From: an uncultured Ignavibacteria bacterium
Lineage (GTDB): Bacteria > Zixibacteria > MSB-5A5 > CAIYYT01
Assembly (NCBI GenBank): GCA_964370935.1
Contig: CAYJKI010000003.1
Location: 26,413-90,412 of the forward strand
Reading direction: 5' to 3'
Length of the DNA stretch: 64,000 nt
Below are positions 48,715-55,659 of the stretch, piece after piece. Both the position numbers and the translations under genes were made by a program. Every line of letters starts with the position of its first letter. Positions within the stretch are counted from its first letter, which is position 1. The notes below the pieces were generated by a model, which ran no database searches, was not told the origin of the DNA, and was given only the letters and a program-made list of their open reading frames with translations.

Positions 48715-50571
48715 ATGAAAATCACCTCATCCCAACATCTCGAACAACTGCGCTCACTGTTCGTCGCCGATGAAGCCCGCCACAAGAAAAAAGTCATCGT
48801 TTGTTGCGGAACAGGCTGTCTTGCCAACGGCGCTGCCAAACTTGTGGAGGCATTTCATACTGCTCTGAAAGAGAACAATATCACCGATTTCTCGGTCGAA
48901 GCTGTCAAGGAGACCGGCTGTCATGGCTTCTGCGAACAGGGACCGCTGGTCGTAATCGAACCACAGGGGACATTCTATATCAAGGTCAAACCGAAGGACA
49001 TTCCGGAGATCATTTCCAAATCAATACAGGGTCAGGAGATCATTACTGACCGTCTGTTTACCGATCCGGTTACCAACAAACAGATCGAGAAGTACAACGA
49101 CGTCAAGTTCTTCAAGCATCAGCACCGTTTGGCACTGCGCAATCTCGGCAAGATCGCTGCCCATTCGATAAAAGAATCGATCGCTGCCGGCGGCTACGCG
49201 GGAATTGCGAAAGCATTAACTACTATGACGCCTGACTCGGTGATTGCCGAAGTCGACAAAGCCAATTTGCGCGGTCGAGGCGGCGGCGGGTTCCCGGCCG
49301 GTCGCAAATGGAAGACATGCAAGTCGGTCGAATCCGACGTTCGCTATGTCATTTGCAACGGCGACGAGGGCGACCCGGGCGCATTTATGGATCGTTCTAT
49401 TATGGAAGGCGATCCGCACAGCGTGCTCGAAGGCATGATGATTTGCGCTTATGCAGTGGGGGCGAAGCAAGGTTTTATCTATGTTCGCGAAGAATACCCG
49501 CTGGCGGTAATTCATCTTCAGAAGGCCATTGATGACTGCGTTGAGTATGGACTGCTTGGAGCGAATATTCTTGGGACAGACTTTTCCTTCAATATCCGCA
49601 TCGCTCGCGGTGCCGGCGCCTTCGTCTGCGGAGAATCATCTGCTCTCATGCGTTCCGTGGCGGGCGAAGTCGGCGAACCGCGTGCCAAGTACATCCGCTC
49701 TGTCGTTAAAGGTTTGCACGACAAACCAACGGTTCTTAACAACGTCGAAACCTATGTCAATGTACCGCTCATTATCGTTAAGGGCGCCGACTGGTTCAAG
49801 TCAATCGGTCGTCCGAATAATTCCGGTACCAAAGCTTTCTCTCTGGTCGGCAAGGTCCGCAATACCGGCCTGATTGAAGTCGCGATGGGAACAACCTTGC
49901 GCGAGATCATCTACGACATAGGTGGCGGCATTCTTGAAGACCGCCCGTTCAAAGCCGTTCAGACCGGCGGGCCTTCCGGCGGCTGTCTTCCGGATGCGAT
50001 GCTCGATTTGCCGGTTGATTTCGACTCACTCACCGAGAATGGTTCAATGATGGGCTCCGGCGGCATGATTGTTATGGACAACAAGACCTGTATGGTCGAT
50101 GTCGCGCGTTACTTTTTGAATTTCCTCGTCTCCGAGTCGTGTGGAAAATGCACGCCGTGTCGCGAAGGTCTTTATCAACTGCACGAAATGACCATCAAAG
50201 TCTGCGAAGGCAAAGCATCGATGGAGGACCTGGAGAAGATCGAGAAGCTTTCCGATATGGTTGTTCTCGGCTCGCTCTGTGGTCTCGGCAAGTCCGGCCC
50301 CAATCCAGTGCTGTCGACACTTCGCTATTTCCGTGACGAATACATCGCACATATCCGCGACAAGAAATGCCCCGCCGGCGTCTGTCGCGAGCTGATTACC
50401 TATACTGTGATTGAAGAGAAATGTACCGGTTGTCTGGCGTGTATCACCGCCTGTGCCTACAATGCAATCACCGGCAAGAAAAAAGAGCCGCACTACATAC
50501 ATCAGGAACGCTGCACCAAGTGCGGCGCCTGCGAAGCGGTCTGCAAGTTTGACGCAATCGAGGTGGCATAG
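48715..50571 (+). CDS. NuoF/HydB/HndC-like NAD(P)H-binding flavoprotein with extra FeS domains
   Basis: 618 aa. N-terminal thioredoxin-like 2Fe-2S domain (VIVCCGTGCLANG...GCHGFCEQGP). FMN/NADH site (RGRGGGGFPAGRKW, ICNGDEGDPGAFMDR). ESCGKCTPCREG (N3-type 4Fe-4S). C-terminal CTGCLACITAC...CTKCGACEAVC (2x[4Fe-4S]). Confidence 0.88.
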   Translation: MKITSSQHLEQLRSLFVADEARHKKKVIVCCGTGCLANGAAKLVEAFHTALKENNITDFSVEAVKETGCHGFCEQGPLVVIEPQGTFYIKVKPKDIPEIISKSIQGQEIITDRLFTDPVTNKQIEKYNDVKFFKHQHRLALRNLGKIAAHSIKESIAAGGYAGIAKALTTMTPDSVIAEVDKANLRGRGGGGFPAGRKWKTCKSVESDVRYVICNGDEGDPGAFMDRSIMEGDPHSVLEGMMICAYAVGAKQGFIYVREEYPLAVIHLQKAIDDCVEYGLLGANILGTDFSFNIRIARGAGAFVCGESSALMRSVAGEVGEPRAKYIRSVVKGLHDKPTVLNNVETYVNVPLIIVKGADWFKSIGRPNNSGTKAFSLVGKVRNTGLIEVAMGTTLREIIYDIGGGILEDRPFKAVQTGGPSGGCLPDAMLDLPVDFDSLTENGSMMGSGGMIVMDNKTCMVDVARYFLNFLVSESCGKCTPCREGLYQLHEMTIKVCEGKASMEDLEKIEKLSDMVVLGSLCGLGKSGPNPVLSTLRYFRDEYIAHIRDKKCPAGVCRELITYTVIEEKCTGCLACITACAYNAITGKKKEPHYIHQERCTKCGACEAVCKFDAIEVA

Positions 50572-51354
50572 ATGAGTACGGTCACAATTACTGTTAACGG
50601 CAAGATTGTCCGCGCCCAGACCGGCGAATATTTGCTCGGTGTGCTCCGGCGCGAAAAGATCGACATCCCGGCGCTCTGCCATCACGAAGCCGTCGAACCG
50701 TATGGTGGTTGCCGCCTTTGTACAGTTGAAGTCACCAAGGCCGAATGGAAGGGCTGGAGCGATCACGTCGTTTCTTGTCTTTATCCGATTGCTGATGGTC
50801 TGATTGTCCAGACACACTCGGCAAAGGTAATTGAACTTCGTAAGACGCTACTTGATCTCTATCTGGCGCGGCACCCGCAGACCAAACTGATTCAGGACAT
50901 GGCAGCCGACTACGGGGTGACCCAGACCAGCTATCAGACTGTTCCGGAACCAAATGACTGCATTCTTTGCGGGATCTGCGTGCGTATTTGCGATCGTATG
51001 GGTTTTTCGGCAATCTCGGCGGTCAACCGCGGCCATGGCCGAGAGATCGCGCCGCCACTCAATGAGGCGCCGCCTGATTGTGTTGGTTGTCTGGCTTGCG
51101 CGCTAAACTGTCCGACCGGTTACATCAAGTTCGAAGACGCGGGCTTCAAACGGACAATCTGGAAACGCGAGTTTGAGATATTGCGTGATGCTAAGACCGG
51201 CGCGCCGTCGATCACCAAGGAATTTTCCGAGTACCTGGTCAAGAACCGCGCGATTCCGCAGGAATACTTCAAGTACAACGATGAGTCGCATCGCAAGGAC
51301 ACTGCAGTAAACATGGGTAAAATCGTGCAATGGAATCGCGAGGTGTCATCATGA
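50572..51354 (+). CDS. NuoG/HydA N-terminal-like FeS protein (2Fe-2S plus ferredoxin-type clusters, no catalytic domain)
   Basis: 260 aa. Plant-type 2Fe-2S ferredoxin start (ITVNGKIV...PALCHHE...GGCRLCTVEV...VSC). Then CILCGICVRIC and CVGCLACALNCP. The ORF ends with no H-cluster or molybdopterin domain. It starts the nucleotide after the upstream stop. Confidence 0.8.
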   Translation: MSTVTITVNGKIVRAQTGEYLLGVLRREKIDIPALCHHEAVEPYGGCRLCTVEVTKAEWKGWSDHVVSCLYPIADGLIVQTHSAKVIELRKTLLDLYLARHPQTKLIQDMAADYGVTQTSYQTVPEPNDCILCGICVRICDRMGFSAISAVNRGHGREIAPPLNEAPPDCVGCLACALNCPTGYIKFEDAGFKRTIWKREFEILRDAKTGAPSITKEFSEYLVKNRAIPQEYFKYNDESHRKDTAVNMGKIVQWNREVSS

Positions 51355-51764
51355 AAATGCAGTACCAAGTCATCCCGCATCTTTGCATCGGTTGTCGCAC
51401 TTGCGAACTTGCTTGTTCATTTACGCACGCCCAAAACGGCAAACCGGGCCGCAGTCGGATTTATCCGCTCGATGCCGGTTACAAGGAAATGTGGGTACCG
51501 GTTGTCTGTTTGCAGTGTGAAGATCCAGCCTGCGTCAAGTCGTGCCTCGTCGACGCCATCAAGATGAATCCGACAACCGGAGCTTACGAAATCGATCGCG
51601 AAGTTTGCGTGCGCTGTATGGCGTGTGTGGCCGCTTGTCCGTTTGGTTGCTCATTGTTCGACCAACAGCACAATGAAGTGATCAAATGTGACTTGTGCGG
51701 TGGCGATCCGGCCTGCGCCCATTTTTGTCCAACCAAAGCGCTGGTCTACAAACCGCTGCCATAG
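51351..51764 (+). CDS. CooF/HybA-like 4Fe-4S polyferredoxin
   Basis: CIGCRTCELAC, CLQCEDPACVKSC, CVRCMACVAACP and CDLCGG..ACAHFCP. ATG 51351 forms an ATGA overlap with the upstream gene. Confidence 0.85.
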   Translation: MKMQYQVIPHLCIGCRTCELACSFTHAQNGKPGRSRIYPLDAGYKEMWVPVVCLQCEDPACVKSCLVDAIKMNPTTGAYEIDREVCVRCMACVAACPFGCSLFDQQHNEVIKCDLCGGDPACAHFCPTKALVYKPLP

Positions 51765-51815
51765 CCGATAGAGCTGATTACACCAGTTTCTGTAGCCACG
51801 ATACCTCACAAACTT

Positions 51816-51850
51816 AATCGCGACTATCTTGTATAGCCGCGATTTTTACT
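51816..51850 (+). terminator. Candidate rho-independent terminator closing the OFOR-NuoEF operon
   Basis: Stem aatcgcg(a)ctat / atag(c)cgcgatt (11 bp with one mismatch), loop cttgt, followed by tttact. Located 52 nt after the stop at 51764. Confidence 0.5.
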
Positions 51851-51904
51851 TCTCGAAATCTGTCCGTCTGCCGAAATAATAATACGTGTAGGAATGAACC
51901 AGCT

Positions 51905-52327
51905 ATGAATCGCCAAAGACTTTGCACCTTCGTATGCGCCTGTGAAATCGCCGGGTTCGTTCTGGTGATAGCACTCTCGTGGTTCGGAGAGCTGATTGAT
52001 ATTCCTCACGCATTATTCGAATTTCAACCTACACCCATTAACTACGTCGAAAGTATTTACGAGACGGTTTTTGTACTGGGCCTTTTGCTCTTCGTCCTAC
52101 TTATAACACGCTGGCTTTTCGGCAAGATTCGCCATCTGGAGGGGATGCTTGCCGTGTGTTCGTTCTGCAAGAAGATCAGAGTGAAAGACGGATGGGTGCC
52201 AATTGAGCAGTATATCCAGCACAATTCCGAGGCTACGTTTTCGCACAGCTATTGTCCAGACTGCGTTCAGACTCACTTTGGTGAGTTATTCATGAATGAT
52301 GAGGCTTCTACACCACTACGGCATTAG
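51905..52327 (+). CDS. Membrane protein with C-terminal CxxC...CxxC zinc-ribbon-like module
   Basis: 140 aa with two hydrophobic helices. C-terminal CSFCKKIRVKDGWVPIEQYIQHNSEATFSHSYCPDC. Confidence 0.6.
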   Translation: MNRQRLCTFVCACEIAGFVLVIALSWFGELIDIPHALFEFQPTPINYVESIYETVFVLGLLLFVLLITRWLFGKIRHLEGMLAVCSFCKKIRVKDGWVPIEQYIQHNSEATFSHSYCPDCVQTHFGELFMNDEASTPLRH

Positions 52328-52346
52328 GACGACAGGTCTTCGACAT

Positions 52347-53042
52347 TCAGTCGCCAATCTCGCTTCGGATTCGCTCCCACCACACTTGTACGATTTCCGG
52401 ATCACCATACCAAGGGTGACCGATGCGAAAGTCATGGCGGGCGTTCGGAATGGTCAGCATGCGTTCGGCGTCGTAGATGGCCGAATTGACGGGGATGATC
52501 CCGTCGCCCGATTCGCCGGCATCAGCGCCATGAAAGCGATAACGCAGCGCGATGGCGCGATTTGCAACGCGACCACGGGAAGAATAGTCAACATTGCCGA
52601 CCACCGAGAGGATCGGAACTGGCATACAGTCTTGTGCCAGGCATTCTCCGAGTCCCTTCCAGACGGTCAACCTGCGGACAACACCACGTCGGTGGGGGGT
52701 ACCGAGGGTAACTACGCTTTCGATATGGTTCGCAAATTCAGGCGTGAATTCTAATGTCGAATGTGGTGAAAGGTAAAGGCGAGTGACGATACCGCCCAAG
52801 CTGTGGGCAACAATCAAGATTCTATCACAATTGTTTTGAGCGACCGCAATTGCCAGGGTGTTTTCGAGTCGCTGTAGAAGTTTCTGCCATCCCGAGCGCC
52901 GTACAACTGAAGGCCACTCGCCCATGGCAATTGGCACGATGCTTACAGGCAGACCGCTTAGCCCGCGCAATTGCTCGGCCATTTTGCTGTAATGTCCGGG
53001 GGAAGTTGTGAAACCACCGATGATGACAATTGCGCGCTGCAT
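52347..53042 (-). CDS. Alpha/beta-hydrolase (lipase/esterase-like)
   Basis: 231 aa. N-terminal IVIIGGFTTS and nucleophile elbow VAHSLGG. A C-terminal Asp/His is plausible (GDGIIP..., ARHDF). Confidence 0.7.
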   Translation of the reverse strand: MQRAIVIIGGFTTSPGHYSKMAEQLRGLSGLPVSIVPIAMGEWPSVVRRSGWQKLLQRLENTLAIAVAQNNCDRILIVAHSLGGIVTRLYLSPHSTLEFTPEFANHIESVVTLGTPHRRGVVRRLTVWKGLGECLAQDCMPVPILSVVGNVDYSSRGRVANRAIALRYRFHGADAGESGDGIIPVNSAIYDAERMLTIPNARHDFRIGHPWYGDPEIVQVWWERIRSEIGD

Positions 53043-53187
53043 TCAGCCAAGATGGTGTAATCGTAGCTGTGGCGCAATACATCAAAACGGCCAGCACTGC
53101 AGTCAACGCCACTCGGTGTTCTCGTTGACATAGCGAGCCCAATCCGGTATTATTGCACCGATTAGATGATTATTCAGGAGGATACAA

Positions 53188-54027
53188 ATGCGGTCATTGG
53201 CTCTTGCGATACTTTCGGCAATTGTTTTGTTGTTCAACGCCTGTTCGGAGAAGAAACCCGAAACCGCCCAACCGGAAAAACCGGTACAACAGCCGTTGCA
53301 GGCCGCCGATTCCAGCGGAATTCGTCCGGTCAATTTCGTCTGGGGAAACCAGCAGCATCGAATGATTAACTTCTTCTTCCAACCAACTGACTCGCTGCGC
53401 GGATTTGCGCCCGACCTGCTTAAGAAGGCACTGGAAATATACAAATTTGATTGTGAAGTCCTGAATTGGTTTACACCGGAGCCGGTAGAATTCTACTGTT
53501 TTGAGAACATGGAAACAATGGCCATGTATACCTCGCGTGACGTACCGTTCTTCCTTGGCAATCGCATTTACTACGGCTACGGTCCGCCATTTGGTCGACC
53601 GTTCGCCGAGTTTGTCATGTCCAAGCTGCCTGATGGTCCGTCCCGATTTGCGTTTATACATGAAGGAGTTCCGATGTTGTTGGATTACACCGGCCGTAAC
53701 TACCATCAGGCGACCTTCAATTTTGTCGGTGAGCAAAAAATCCATCCGGTATCAGTTTTGACCAGCAATGCAGACTATGTCCAGCTCAATCAGGCGATGC
53801 GCGAAATTGAGGCAGCTTCGCTTTGCGGATACATGATGTGGGAGTGGGGATACGAGAAGTTCATGAAGATCTACCACAGTGACAAAGAATTTGCCGAAGC
53901 GCTCAAGGAAGCAACCGGCGTCGATGTAGCCCAGTTGGAGAAGCAATGGCTCGCGTTCCTTCCAGAGCACACGGATGAGAAGGAAGATGCACGACGTGGC
54001 GCTATGCAGCAAGGAGGCGGAAAATGA
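53188..54027 (+). CDS. Hypothetical lipoprotein
   Basis: RBS aggagg 7 nt upstream of the start. Lipobox LLFNAC. 279 aa with no recognised motif. Its stop overlaps the next start (ATGA). Confidence 0.6.
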   Translation: MRSLALAILSAIVLLFNACSEKKPETAQPEKPVQQPLQAADSSGIRPVNFVWGNQQHRMINFFFQPTDSLRGFAPDLLKKALEIYKFDCEVLNWFTPEPVEFYCFENMETMAMYTSRDVPFFLGNRIYYGYGPPFGRPFAEFVMSKLPDGPSRFAFIHEGVPMLLDYTGRNYHQATFNFVGEQKIHPVSVLTSNADYVQLNQAMREIEAASLCGYMMWEWGYEKFMKIYHSDKEFAEALKEATGVDVAQLEKQWLAFLPEHTDEKEDARRGAMQQGGGK

Positions 54028-54794
54028 GCGGCGAGAACCAGTGGCAGACTTCCATCACGGAGATTGCACCCAACTCTATTTGTGTGCGCGGTTATGACGT
54101 TGCCGAACTGATGGACCACACCAGCTTTAGCGATACAATCTTCCTGGTGTTGAAAGGTGAACTACCTGATCCGCGTCAGTCGGAGATGTTCCGCGCCATT
54201 ATGGTGTCCTCAGTGGATCACGGCGTGACGCCGCCATCGGTCCTGGCGGCACGGACAGTGATGTCGGCAGGCAACTCGCTGAACACCGCAGTCGCCGCCG
54301 GCATAATGGCCATTGGCGACGTCCACGGAGGTGCCATCGAGCAATCCGCACGAATCATGCAGGAGACTGCCAAGAAAGAGGGCGATGTCAATGCTCTGGC
54401 ACAAGCGCTCGTTGCGACCATGAAAGAGAAGAACCAGCGCATGCCCGGCTACGGCCACCGTCTGCATACGGCGGACCCGCGCACAGCCAAGCTATTTGCC
54501 ATCGCGGCGAAGAACCAGTTTTCCGGCAGACATACGTCGCTGGCGCAGGCGATTGAAAAGGCATTTGCTGAAATTGGCGGCAAACCGCTCCCGATCAATG
54601 TCGATGGTGCAATTGCTGCGGTCACGTCTGACATGGGATTCGACTGGCGGCTCGGGAAGGCATTCTTCATGTTGTCCCGCATTTCCGGTCTGATCGCCCA
54701 TGTGTATGAAGAGAAGACGACGCAGAAACCGATGCGAAAACTGGGTGACACAAATGCCGCCTATATCGGTCCGCCGCGACGGTCGCTTAAATAG
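54024..54794 (+). CDS. Short citrate-synthase-family protein (citryl-CoA lyase-like)
   Basis: 256 aa. Citrate-synthase catalytic-region motifs SSVDHGVTPPS, PGYGHRLHTADPR and PINVDGAIAAV. Lacks the large N-terminal part of true citrate synthases, as in citryl-CoA lyase. Confidence 0.7.
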   Translation: MSGENQWQTSITEIAPNSICVRGYDVAELMDHTSFSDTIFLVLKGELPDPRQSEMFRAIMVSSVDHGVTPPSVLAARTVMSAGNSLNTAVAAGIMAIGDVHGGAIEQSARIMQETAKKEGDVNALAQALVATMKEKNQRMPGYGHRLHTADPRTAKLFAIAAKNQFSGRHTSLAQAIEKAFAEIGGKPLPINVDGAIAAVTSDMGFDWRLGKAFFMLSRISGLIAHVYEEKTTQKPMRKLGDTNAAYIGPPRRSLK

Positions 54795-54839
54795 TTGAGC
54801 CACCAAGTCGAAGATTTTTCCGGTTAAAGGAGCTTGCAG

Positions 54840-55652
54840 GTGCGACGATCAATCGCTCCGTTACTTTTGTTATCAGTCTTGTGGTTGACCTCTTGCGGTC
54901 CCAAACCAGAGTCGACCTCGCCGATTGTGCGTCCGCCTGCTGCAGTCGGCGTGGCACCTTCGCATCTCACCGTAAGTGCGGTCTCGCAAGGGGCCGAGTT
55001 GCGGTGGCAGACAAATCAGCCGGAAAACCGTATCCTTAGCGGCTACAATGTGTATATGGCGCGCGAAGACGGCGAGTTTGAGAAGATCACCGCTTCACCC
55101 TACCCCGGTGATCTAGATCCCGACTACGTGAGCGAGTCGTTTCAAGCTGCGGGTCTGGACAACGGTGTGCGCTACCGCTTTCGAGTTAGTACCGTCTACC
55201 CGAACGAAGTTGAATTGTTCTGCAGCGACACGGTCGAGATTATCCCGCGTCCACAGGGCCGGATACGACTGAATTCGTCATTCAGCAAAGAAGATGCGGG
55301 TTTCTCATTCGCACGCCTTCAATCAGTTCCAACCGACGATCTATCCAATGACATGTATCTCGCCATAATCAACGATCAGGCACACCTTGCATCGCCGCAG
55401 CGAATCGATATCGTGCTCCGCCAAACAAGATACTTCCCGATTTTGCGCCGGTCCGGCGACATTTCCGAAACCTTGCCCACCCCGACGGGAAGTGGCAAGG
55501 AGCTACTTCCAGTCAAAGTTGGCGACCAGCTGTACATCTTGACTCAAGACGGCTGCTACGCGTTGGTTTTGGTTGAGAATATCAATCTCAAAGATGAGTC
55601 TCTGGAATTGACCTTTGTGTATCAAACGCGCCCTAAGACGTTAATCTTCTAA
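54840..55652 (+). CDS. Lipoprotein with fibronectin type III-like domain
   Basis: Lipobox WLTSC. FN3-like segment (LTVSAVSQGAELRWQ...SGYNVYMA...GVRYRFRVSTVY). I prefer GTG 54840, 7 nt after aaaggag, over TTG 54834. Confidence 0.6.
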   Translation: MRRSIAPLLLLSVLWLTSCGPKPESTSPIVRPPAAVGVAPSHLTVSAVSQGAELRWQTNQPENRILSGYNVYMAREDGEFEKITASPYPGDLDPDYVSESFQAAGLDNGVRYRFRVSTVYPNEVELFCSDTVEIIPRPQGRIRLNSSFSKEDAGFSFARLQSVPTDDLSNDMYLAIINDQAHLASPQRIDIVLRQTRYFPILRRSGDISETLPTPTGSGKELLPVKVGDQLYILTQDGCYALVLVENINLKDESLELTFVYQTRPKTLIF

Positions 55653-55659
55653 AACGACG

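Noticed and set aside
50044-50817. 257-aa antisense ORF across the nuoF-like/nuoG-like junction. Similar long antisense ORFs occur at 15718-16359, 39745-40350, 46728-47336, 43082-43750, 30336-31088 and 28478-29083.
   Set aside because: Each lies opposite a CDS with strong family motifs. Their translations are Arg/Ser/Gly/His-rich, low-information sequences typical of open antisense frames. None has an RBS-like context.
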